64,000 nucleotides of DNA, taken from assembly GCA_963705305.1 (NCBI GenBank), contig OY970067.1, positions 3,200,001-3,264,000 on the forward strand, read 5' to 3'. The notes beneath the pieces are model-generated. The model saw only the letters and a program-made list of their open reading frames with translations. It made no database searches and had not been told where the DNA came from. Source of the DNA: an uncultured Methylomirabilota bacterium (GTDB taxonomy: Bacteria; Methylomirabilota; Methylomirabilia; Methylomirabilales; 2-02-FULL-66-22). Each line of letters begins with the position of its first letter. The first letter of the stretch is position 1. Below are positions 37,617 through 45,645 of this stretch, in pieces. A program made the translations under genes and the position numbers.

Positions 37617-39341
37617 GCCCGCGAACTCGGCGTCGGCTTCAGTACGCTCGGGGCGTGGGTGCGCCGGTATCGCGCCGAGGGGGAAGCGGGCCTGCAGGCG
37701 AAGCCGACACGGCCGCACCGGCAGCGCCCGAAAGTGGCCCCGGCGGTGAAGGCGGAGGTCGTCGCCCTCAAGCGGCGCCACCCCGAGGCGGGGATCCAGA
37801 AGATCAGCCAGTTCCTGCGGCGCGTGCTGTGCCTGCCGGTGAGCCGGGAGACGGTGCGCCGCACCCTGCACGCGCACCAGCTCCTCAAGAAGCCACGCCC
37901 CAAACCCCAGCGGAACCCGGCCCGACCGCGCTTCTTCGAGCGCGCCACGCCGAACCAGCTCTGGCAGACCGACATCTTCACCTTCCGCCTGGGCGGCAAG
38001 AACGCTTACCTGATCGGCTTCCTCGACGACCACTCCCGCTACGTGGTGGGGCTGGACGTCTTCCGCAGCCAGACGGCGGAGCACGTCCTGGAAGTGTACC
38101 GCCGGGCGGTGGCGGAGTACGGGGTCCCCAAGGAGCTGCTCTCCGACCAGGGCCGGCAGTTCTCCAGCTGGCGCGGGACCACCCGGTTCGAGGCGGAGCT
38201 CCGGAAGGATCGGGTGCACCACATCAAGAGCCGCCCGCACCACCCCATGACCCTGGGCAAGCTGGAGCGCTTCTGGAAGACGATCTGGGAGGAGTTCCTG
38301 GCGCGCGCCCAGTTCGAGAGCTTCGAGGCGGCCGGCGAGCGGATCCGGCTCTGGGGGACGCACGACAACCACCGGCGGCCCCACCAGGCCCTGGAGGGGC
38401 TCTGCCCGGCGGATCGCTTCTTCGGCATCGCCCAGGAGCTCCGGCAGGTGATCGAGCGGGGCATCCAGGAGAACGTGCTCGAGCTCGCGCTCCGCGGGCA
38501 GCCCCAGAGCCCCTTCTACATGGTGGGCCGGCTGGGCGAGCAGTCGGTGGTGATCCGGGCGGAGAAGGGCCGCGTGAAGATGCTCGTCGATGGCGAGGAA
38601 TCGCGACCACAGCAGGAGGTGACCTACGACCTGGAAGGAGGAAGCCATGCCCCCCGAAGTGCGAGCCAAGAAGGAGCCGCTGCCGTATACTGCGCAGCAG
38701 CGGGTGCAGGCGGTGCTGTCGTTTTGGACCGAGCGGCGGCGCCCGGGGGAGGTCTGCCAGGAGCTGGCGATCAGCCCGAAGGTGCTCGCCCAGTGGGAAC
38801 AGCGGGCGCTAGCAGCGATGCTCCAGGCGCTGGCGGCGCCGACGCGCCGCGACCCGGGCCCCGCGCTGAGCCCGAAGCTGGAGCGGCTGCTCGCGCGGCA
38901 GGCCCTGCAGCAGCAGGGGCGGATGGCCCGGCTGGAGCAGCGGCTGGCCAAGCTCCAGGACCCGAAAGCCCCGCCGCCGACCAAGTAACCCATCCCCACG
39001 GGGCGGGAGGACCCTGCGATGCGCGATCCGACGGCCAGTCCCCACCAGCAAGCCCTGGCCCGGCAACGGGCGCAGCTGATCATGCAGGCGCGGAGCGGGG
39101 TGGTGAGTGCCCAGGAAGCCGCCCGGCAGCTGGGGGTCTCCCGCAAGACGGACTCCAAGTGGGAGCGCCGGGCCCTGGCGGCGATGGTCGCGGCCCTGGG
39201 CAACCGGGGCCAGGGGCGGTCGGCGCAGCCGCACGACCTGGAGAAGGCGGCCCTCCGACGCCAGACCCAGGAGCTGCAGGCCCAGCTCACCGTCCTGCAG
39301 CAGACGGAGCGGCTCCGGCAGGTGCTCGCGCAGCCGGATAA
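37617..39341 (+). CDS. IS481-like rve/DDE transposase lacking its N-terminus
   Basis: Frame is open from the IS1 TIR (ARELGVGFSTLGAWVRRY, an HTH). DDE motifs WQTDI, SDQG and KLERF; low-complexity tail overlaps downstream ORFs. Confidence 0.8.
   Translation, partial: ARELGVGFSTLGAWVRRYRAEGEAGLQAKPTRPHRQRPKVAPAVKAEVVALKRRHPEAGIQKISQFLRRVLCLPVSRETVRRTLHAHQLLKKPRPKPQRNPARPRFFERATPNQLWQTDIFTFRLGGKNAYLIGFLDDHSRYVVGLDVFRSQTAEHVLEVYRRAVAEYGVPKELLSDQGRQFSSWRGTTRFEAELRKDRVHHIKSRPHHPMTLGKLERFWKTIWEEFLARAQFESFEAAGERIRLWGTHDNHRRPHQALEGLCPADRFFGIAQELRQVIERGIQENVLELALRGQPQSPFYMVGRLGEQSVVIRAEKGRVKMLVDGEESRPQQEVTYDLEGGSHAPRSASQEGAAAVYCAAAGAGGAVVLDRAAAPGGGLPGAGDQPEGARPVGTAGASSDAPGAGGADAPRPGPRAEPEAGAAARAAGPAAAGADGPAGAAAGQAPGPESPAADQVTHPHGAGGPCDARSDGQSPPASPGPATGAADHAGAERGGECPGSRPAAGGLPQDGLQVGAPGPGGDGRGPGQPGPGAVGAAARPGEGGPPTPDPGAAGPAHRPAADGAAPAGARAAG
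38647..38988 (+). CDS. Transposase-associated HTH protein
   Basis: YTAQQRVQAVLSFWTERRRPGEVCQELAI HTH; GAAGGAGG RBS. Confidence 0.7.
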   Translation: MPPEVRAKKEPLPYTAQQRVQAVLSFWTERRRPGEVCQELAISPKVLAQWEQRALAAMLQALAAPTRRDPGPALSPKLERLLARQALQQQGRMARLEQRLAKLQDPKAPPPTK

Positions 39342-39354
39342 AAAAAACCCCTGA
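39019..39354 (+). CDS. Transposase OrfA-like HTH protein
   Basis: SAQEAARQLGVSRKT HTH plus coiled coil; ends just after an A8 slippery run (39340-39347). Confidence 0.75.
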   Translation: MRDPTASPHQQALARQRAQLIMQARSGVVSAQEAARQLGVSRKTDSKWERRALAAMVAALGNRGQGRSAQPHDLEKAALRRQTQELQAQLTVLQQTERLRQVLAQPDKKNP

Positions 39355-39364
39355 GGTGGCCGCC

Positions 39365-40429
39365 ATGGTGGTGACGACCCTCACCCAGCTGAAGCGAGAC
39401 GTGCGCTGGCCCTACCAGCACCTCTGCCGATTCCTCGGGGTGCCCTATGGGACCGTCCGGCGGTGGAAGCAGCGCCTGGCGCAGGGCCAGCCCGCCCGGT
39501 TCCCGCCAGGGCCCAAGAAGGTGGCCCCCCTGACCCTCGAGGAGCTGCGCGGGGAGGTAGCCCGCCTGCACCACGGCCGCCGGCGCAGCCGAGGCGTCGG
39601 GGCGGTGTACCGGCAGTTCCACCCGCAGGTCTCCCGCCGCACGCTGCAGGCGCTGACCGCGACGCTGCGGCGGCAGCGGGCCCAGCAGCGCCAGGCCGCC
39701 TGCCGCCACATCACCTGGCACGTACCCGGCTTGGTCTGGTCCCTGGACGACGCGGAACTGGCGCGAGGGAGTTCGCCTCTCCTGCGCCTCCAGCAGGTGC
39801 AGGATCTCGCCTCGCGCTATAAGTTCACACCCTGGGTGGGAGAGCGAATCTTCGGAGAATCCGTGGCTGCTCGGCTGGAACACCTGTTCGTGCAGTATGG
39901 ACCGCCGCTGGTGCTCAAGCGCGACAACGGCTCCAATCTCAATCAGCGAGCGGTCGATGAGGTGCTCGCCCGGTACCTCGTGATGCCGCTGAACTCACCA
40001 CCCCACTATCCGCCGTACAACGGCGGGATGGAACGTGCGGTCCGGGAACTGAAACCTCCGCTGGTGGCGAAGCTCCGCGCCAGCGGTCCAATTCCGGACT
40101 CCCAGGTGCAAGGCTGGGCGGAGGTGTTGGCGCACGAACTGAACCATTGCCCCCGCCGCTGCCTCGGGGGGCAAGTGGCCTGCCGGGTGTTCCAGGATGC
40201 AAGGCAAGCCCTGCAGGCGTATACTCGTCGCAAGCGAAGGGAGGTCTTCGATGAGATCAACGAACTGACCCGGACGCTTATCCGTGCCCGGGCGGTTCAT
40301 ACTCAGCGTCAAGCTGAAGTGGTCCGGCGTCTCGCGGTAGAAACTTGGTTACAAAACAACGGGGTCATAAGCATCACTCAGAACCACAGAGTGTTACCCG
40401 TTTTCCTCGAAGAAATCGCTCATAATTAG
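39365..40429 (+). CDS. rve-type transposase OrfB
   Basis: WSLDD, KRDNG and NGGMER DDE-like motifs; frame overlaps OrfA at the A8 run. Confidence 0.8.
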   Translation: MVVTTLTQLKRDVRWPYQHLCRFLGVPYGTVRRWKQRLAQGQPARFPPGPKKVAPLTLEELRGEVARLHHGRRRSRGVGAVYRQFHPQVSRRTLQALTATLRRQRAQQRQAACRHITWHVPGLVWSLDDAELARGSSPLLRLQQVQDLASRYKFTPWVGERIFGESVAARLEHLFVQYGPPLVLKRDNGSNLNQRAVDEVLARYLVMPLNSPPHYPPYNGGMERAVRELKPPLVAKLRASGPIPDSQVQGWAEVLAHELNHCPRRCLGGQVACRVFQDARQALQAYTRRKRREVFDEINELTRTLIRARAVHTQRQAEVVRRLAVETWLQNNGVISITQNHRVLPVFLEEIAHN

Positions 40430-40441
40430 GTTGGCCGCACA

Positions 40442-41028
40442 AACAACGTATAGACTTTGTTGGTAATATTATTCCCGTCGAGAGGCCCGGATTCAATGCT
40501 CGCATTAAAGTGTTCAACAAAGGCAAAACTGCTGCTAAGGGAGTTCATGCGAGAGTTGAGAGAATCGTGTTGAAGAATGCGCAAAGCAATGTACCACCCG
40601 AGGTGAACATTTATCATCCAACAACAGTGAAGTGGTCTGGTGAACGAGGTTGGGGTCCGGTTGATATTTCTCCACACTCCTTTTTCTTTCTGGATGTGTT
40701 TTGGTCTAAAAGTGAAAGGGTTGTGGACGTCATCGACCATAATGCTGCCCGCTACAGGGAAATCGACAACACTCTCCTCCGGGAAATTATCGAAAAGACA
40801 ATACAGCCAACGGGAGAGGTTTATTGGAATGTATGGGTAGACCTTTCTTACAATCGGGGTATTCCAGATAGGTATGTGTTTCAAGGGAACATTGCGATTT
40901 CATTTATAGTCAATGCGGACAATGCTAATCCGTTGAGCTTTGAAGCCTTGATAGACTGGTCTTATGATACTTACAATTCTCCCAGTGTCCGCATTCGGGA
41001 AGGTGAGAAGTATCTAGACAACGACTAG
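40442..41028 (+). pseudogene. AT-rich hypothetical gene, 5'-truncated by the adjacent element
   Basis: The frame of ORF 40510-41028 stays open back to the element end at 40441. Confidence 0.5.
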
Positions 41029-41043
41029 AAGGGGGACGGCGCC

Positions 41044-41316
41044 ATGGATGACCTGTCAATGGAAGTCATTTGTGAAAAGTGTGGATCGCCTATGAAGCGA
41101 ATTGATAAAGAAGTGTTGAGGCCCATTGGTATGTCGACACGTGCTACAGGGGCCAACAATGCCACGTCTGGAACGTCGGTAGAACGGCCAATCGGTGTTT
41201 CAGGGACCTCATATCCGCACGGGGGAGGGTTAAACGAGGCGAGTCCCAAATCGATTAAGATCGTAAAATATGTATGTCATTCATGCAAATGGGAGTGCCA
41301 AAGAATTGTAGACTGA
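41044..41316 (+). CDS. Small zinc-ribbon-like protein
   Basis: CEKC and CHSC pairs; GGGGA RBS. Confidence 0.5.
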   Translation: MDDLSMEVICEKCGSPMKRIDKEVLRPIGMSTRATGANNATSGTSVERPIGVSGTSYPHGGGLNEASPKSIKIVKYVCHSCKWECQRIVD

Positions 41317-41854
41317 AGACCTGACCTGCCCCCGATAAAAGGCGCAGCCAGAAAGCAGCAAGGAAACCATTATCGAGAGGGAGTCAGGCTATGCCGAAAA
41401 GACGTTTCACACCAAATGAGAACATCGCCACGCAACGAAGAGCAGGGCAGGTGGAGAGGGATTAACGTGGAAGCGTCTTCATTGTATCCCTCCGTGCCGT
41501 CCAAGGAGTTACCTCTATAATGAGTTCGCCTCAATGAATCGCAGGAAGTTCGATTGGAAAACAATCTGGCCTATCGTCGGGTATGTTCTGCTCGGTCTTG
41601 TGGTGTGGGCGTGGGTTCTCCTCGCCATTTACAATAATGCCCAGTATGTGTGATGACGTGTGCATGCGTTTCGGTTTACAATGATGGTGTCTTTGGTTAT
41701 AGTAAGTCTTCTGCCAGCTTAAACCTCTGTCTCTGTGCGTCAAAATGACTCATCCTATTGAACACATCTCCATAGATTGACAGATTACAGGAGAAAAGGT
41801 ATATTCCAAAAGGTTCTACACCTCTTCTTTCCCATGCACGCCAAGGAGGATGCC

Positions 41855-42115
41855 ATGGCTATCCAATTGAGAGGAATTCTGGTCAAAGCGCTTCGGCAAT
41901 TGGAATCAGAACGTGCTCACCTCGATCGACAAATTGCAGCAGTTCAAGCAGTATTGGGAACATCTGACAGTGGAAACCGCTCAACCGTCAAAACCAGATC
42001 CCGCAAACCACGAACGATGAGTGTGGCAGCTAGGAGAAAAGTTAGTCAGAGTATGCGGAATTATTGGGCTGATCGCAAGAAGGCTGCTGCTAGGGCAAAG
42101 GTAAGAGAATTGTAA
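41855..42115 (+). CDS. Small basic coiled-coil protein, possibly nucleoid-associated
   Basis: AAGGAGG RBS; coiled coil followed by MSVAARRKVSQSMRNYWA. Confidence 0.65.
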   Translation: MAIQLRGILVKALRQLESERAHLDRQIAAVQAVLGTSDSGNRSTVKTRSRKPRTMSVAARRKVSQSMRNYWADRKKAAARAKVREL

Positions 42116-42141
42116 AGAGAAAGTCGGGAGGAAGAACATGT

Positions 42142-42396
42142 ATGGGCAAGAAATTTGGGCAAGTTGTTCTTATGTGCGTATTATGGATACCTATAGCCGT
42201 GAGTGGTATCGATAACGTTCTGGAACAACTGGGGTTTGGCCATGGCACTCGGTGGGATTCATTGAATGCTAGTCTCTTTGGGTGGGGCATGTGGCTTGTC
42301 GGCTGTTTCCTGTGGTATATGATCATCGGGTATATCGGGGCTAGGTTTTTCGGAGAAGGTGACAAAAGCAAAAAGGCGAGTCTTCCACGTGGCTGA
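42142..42396 (+). CDS. Small membrane protein
   Basis: Two hydrophobic segments; GGAGG upstream. Confidence 0.5.
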   Translation: MGKKFGQVVLMCVLWIPIAVSGIDNVLEQLGFGHGTRWDSLNASLFGWGMWLVGCFLWYMIIGYIGARFFGEGDKSKKASLPRG

Positions 42397-42559
42397 AATC
42401 GATTAGCTCCAAGGCAGAACCCGTAAAACGCGAACAATGAGTGTGCCAGGGACAAAACGAATCAGTACAGAGCCGGTTCCGGAAAATAGGACAGGCGTTT
42501 AAGTGAAAACTCTGCTCTACTGGACGGGACGCATCGCCGTCCCACAAGGAGAGCAGCCC

Positions 42560-42862
42560 ATGAAACGGTCCCGACGGAACCACGCCCCCGCCTTCAAGGC
42601 CAAGGTCGCCCTGGCTGCCCTGAAGGGCGATCGAACCCTCGCCGAGCTCGCGCAGCAGTTCGACGTCCACCCCAACCAGATCACGCAGTGGAAGGCCCAG
42701 CTCCTGGAGCGGGCGCTGGAGCTCTTCGCCACGTCCGCCGAGCGCCAGGCCAGCGTGCCGGATGTCAAGGCGTTGCACGCGAAGATCGGCCAGCTGGTCC
42801 TGGAGAACGATTTTTTGGCCGGCGCGCTCGGTCGCATCCCCGATGCGAGCGCGAAGCGATGA
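42560..42862 (+). CDS. IS3 transposase OrfA
   Basis: FKAKVALAALKG...LAQQFDVHPNQI; ENDFL at a T6 slippery site. Confidence 0.9.
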   Translation: MKRSRRNHAPAFKAKVALAALKGDRTLAELAQQFDVHPNQITQWKAQLLERALELFATSAERQASVPDVKALHAKIGQLVLENDFLAGALGRIPDASAKR

Positions 42863-43686
42863 TCGACCGCCAGCACCCCCTGCCCGTCACGCACCAGTGC
42901 CGCCTGGTGGCCGTGACTCGGTCCTCGGTCTACTACACCCCGCGCCCCGTCCGCGCAGGGGACCTGGCCCTGATGCGGCAGCTCGACGAGCTGCACCTGC
43001 TGCATCCCTTCGCTGGGAGCCGGATGCTCCGGGACCTGCTGCGCCTCCGGGGCATGGCCGTCGGCCGGAAGCACGTGGCCACGTTGATGCGGCGGATGGG
43101 GATCGCAGCGCTGTACCGGCACCCCCGCACCACCCAGCCGCACCCGGGGCCCCGGGGGTTCCCGTACTTGCTGCGCACCCTGGCGATCACGGCCCCGAAC
43201 CAGGTCTGGGCCATGGACATCACGTACCTCCCCATGCGCCGGGGCTTCCTCTACCTGGTGGCCGTGCTGGACTGGGCGACCCGCCGGGTCCTGGCCTGGC
43301 GCCTCTCGAACACCCTGACCGGGGACGGTTGCCTGGAGGCCCTGGAGGCCGCGATCCGGGCCCACGGCTGCCCGGAGATCCTGAACACCGACCAGGGGAG
43401 CCAGTTCACCAGCATGGCCTTCGTCGCCCTGGTCCAGCAGCACGGCATCGCCCTCAGCATGGACGGCAAGGGGGCCTGGCGCGACAACTGCTTCGTTGAG
43501 CGCCTCTGGAAGACCGTCAAGTACGAGGAAGTGTACCTGCATGCCTATGACTCGGTGCCTGACGCCCAGCGGCACCTGGTCGCCTATTTTACTTTTTACA
43601 ACCAAGGCCGGCCTCACACAGCGCTGGACGGCCAGACCCCCGATATGGTCTACTTTGCCTCGCGGCCTCAGCTCGAGGCGGCGTAA
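42859..43686 (+). CDS. IS3 transposase OrfB
   Basis: WAMDITY, NTDQGSQF and DNCFVERLW. Confidence 0.92.
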   Translation: MIDRQHPLPVTHQCRLVAVTRSSVYYTPRPVRAGDLALMRQLDELHLLHPFAGSRMLRDLLRLRGMAVGRKHVATLMRRMGIAALYRHPRTTQPHPGPRGFPYLLRTLAITAPNQVWAMDITYLPMRRGFLYLVAVLDWATRRVLAWRLSNTLTGDGCLEALEAAIRAHGCPEILNTDQGSQFTSMAFVALVQQHGIALSMDGKGAWRDNCFVERLWKTVKYEEVYLHAYDSVPDAQRHLVAYFTFYNQGRPHTALDGQTPDMVYFASRPQLEAA

Positions 43687-43751
43687 CGTGACCCCGGCAG
43701 AGTTTCACTTATCGCGCCCCGATTCCTGTCCAGCTCTTTGGGGCCACCGCT

Positions 43752-44939
43752 GCTGAAGCAGACAACGGGTAACGGCGTGTCGTTCCGAATGAGCCAGCCC
43801 GTTTCCCGGAGGCGCCCCCGGAGATAGTCGCCCAGCGCCGTTTGCCGCTCAATCAAGGTGCCGTAACCGTCCAAACCAAGCTCGGCCAATGCCATGAACA
43901 CTTTGAGCCCGATCATCCGGCGCGACCACTGGACGCTCATGGCGTACTGGTCCACCGTCTGGTCGCCGGTCTCTTTGGGCATATAGGAGGTTGCACTGGC
44001 AAAGGCCCGCTTGACGGCCTCCGGATACCGGCAGAAAAACATCCCCGCCCCCATGGGCACGGACAGCCACTTGTGGGCGTCCCAGGTGACTGAATCCGCC
44101 CGGTCGATCCCGGTCAGCACGCCTCTGAGGCGAGACGATAGCACCGCACTGCCTCCCCAGGCGGCATCGACGTGAAACCATACGCCAAACCGACGGGCGA
44201 CATCAGCCATGTGTGGCAAGGGGTCAATCACACCGGCGCCAGTCGTCCCGGCAGTCCCAATCACCATGAGTGGGAACCACCCTGCGTGACGATCAGCTTC
44301 AATGCGCCGTGCGAGCGCCTCCACATCGAGGGTGAAGGTCTCGCCCAGTGGCACCTCGTGCAAGGCGGACGTGCCCAGCCCGGTCATGCGCGCGATTTTG
44401 ACAAAGGAGTGGTGAGTCTCGCTCGTCAGGTAAATGGCGGGACGGGACGGGAGACTTGCCACCCCCGATTCGGCGAGGCCGGGAAGACGCTGGGTCAGCG
44501 CAGAAACCACCGCCGTGAAATTGGCTTCCGCGCCCCCGCTCGTGAAATGCGCCAGGGTCGTTTCCGGGTCCAACCCGAGCGCCTTCGTAAACGCGCGGAG
44601 GGTCAGGCGTTCAATCTCGTTTGCCGCGGGTGCGTGGGACCAGGCCGCCAGTTGCGGATTGTAGAGCGCGACGAGCGCATCCGCGACAATCGCCGCTGGC
44701 CGGACGCTCGGGTTGAACAAACCGAAATACCGCGGATGGGTCACCTGCACGTTCCAGGTCCGCAGCAGTCGGCGAACCTCTGCGGTGAGCGTTTCCAGGG
44801 GGATGGGCTTGTCAAAGGTGTAGCGGCTCTCCAATTCGGAGCGGATTTCTGCCGGGGTGACCTGCTGCAATACGGGGAGGTGACGGATCTCGTTGGTGAA
44901 TCCCTCGATTTCGTTAATGAGCTGGGTCCATACTGTCAT
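43752..44939 (-). pseudogene. Group II PLP-dependent decarboxylase, C-terminus truncated by IS3
   Basis: HPRYFG, FTSGG, HVDAAWGG and DAHKWL (PLP Lys). Homology stops at LPVVCFS at the IS3 end. Confidence 0.85.
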
Positions 44940-45071
44940 TGTGGTTTTACTTTCGCCTTTCGTTGGTTTCGTATCACAAGTGTTTTTCGTTTTGGCCTGC
45001 CCCCACTGATTGGGCCGCCCACAATGGTAGCTCAAGCCGGCTCCTGACGCCAGCGCAGAAGGCGGTTGCGG

Positions 45072-45106
45072 GTCGAGCTGGGGGGCACAGTCGAGCTGGG
45101 GGGCAC
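45072..45106 (+). repeat. Tandem 17-bp direct repeat
   Basis: GTCGAGCTGGGGGGCAC twice, with an 18-bp period. Confidence 0.8.
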
Positions 45107-45197
45107 GGATTAAACGGTAGGACCGTGTTTACCGGCGCCGAGGCGGGACAGCATTTGTGCCTACTTCAGTTCGCTGTGGCATTCGAGTCCCGCTTTG

Positions 45198-45270
45198 CTC
45201 CCCAGGCAGGACTCGAACGCGCAACGGCTCGGCTAACAGATGAGTGCTCGACAGGTTGAGCAGCCGAGGA
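45198..45270 (-). tRNA. Degenerate tRNA-Asn(GTT), likely pseudogene
   Basis: Acceptor stem TCCTCGG/CTGGGGA, discriminator G, GCTC/GAGC D stem, CTGTTAG loop and TTCGAGT T loop; mismatches in the anticodon and T stems. Confidence 0.7.
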
Positions 45271-45296
45271 ATGCCTTTGCGGAGCTCGGTCCAGCG

Positions 45297-45509
45297 CTAG
45301 CGCTTCCGCTCGAACTCCCGTAGGACCTCGGCGTGTACCTGAGGCAGCGTGCGGTCGCCTTCTTCGTTGATCCACCGGAGGGCCGCAACCATGCCGGGTA
45401 GTTGAGCCTCAAACTCCAGGGAGGGGGCTGCGTACTTCAGCATCGCCGGGTTCTTCTTGAGCTTCACTAGCGTCTCAAGCGCGGCTTGCACTTCTTGCGG
45501 GGTTTTCAT
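45297..45509 (-). CDS. Hypothetical protein (70 aa)
   Basis: GGAG RBS before MKTPQEV; follows the RNR gene. Confidence 0.55.
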   Translation of the reverse strand: MKTPQEVQAALETLVKLKKNPAMLKYAAPSLEFEAQLPGMVAALRWINEEGDRTLPQVHAEVLREFERKR

Positions 45510-45645
45510 TGGGATCTCCGGATCATGATTGCGTTCTGTCGCATGGTAACCGCCCACGGGTATCGCATCTGGAGGCTGTCTCTAAGATCGATGTTTCGGT
45601 TTAGAAACACATCTCAATTACCTTCAACTCCAATGGTGCAGCCGG

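Larger units (their letters stand above)
37617..40441 (+). mobile_element. Composite element with two rve-type transposases, 5'-truncated by the IS1-like element
   Basis: GC-rich block ending ...TAATTAGGTTGGCCGCACA, followed by an abrupt shift to AT-rich DNA; four co-oriented transposase or HTH ORFs. Confidence 0.7.
42471..43751 (+). mobile_element. IS3-family insertion sequence
   Basis: orfA/orfB pair with imperfect IRs AGCCGGTTCCGGAAAATAGGACAG and CTGTCCAGCTCTTTGGGGCCACCGCT; ends are approximate. Confidence 0.88.

Noticed and set aside
45108..45195. Second tRNA on the plus strand (TTCGAGTCCC)
   Set aside because: Only a T-loop-like motif and one hairpin; no cloverleaf.
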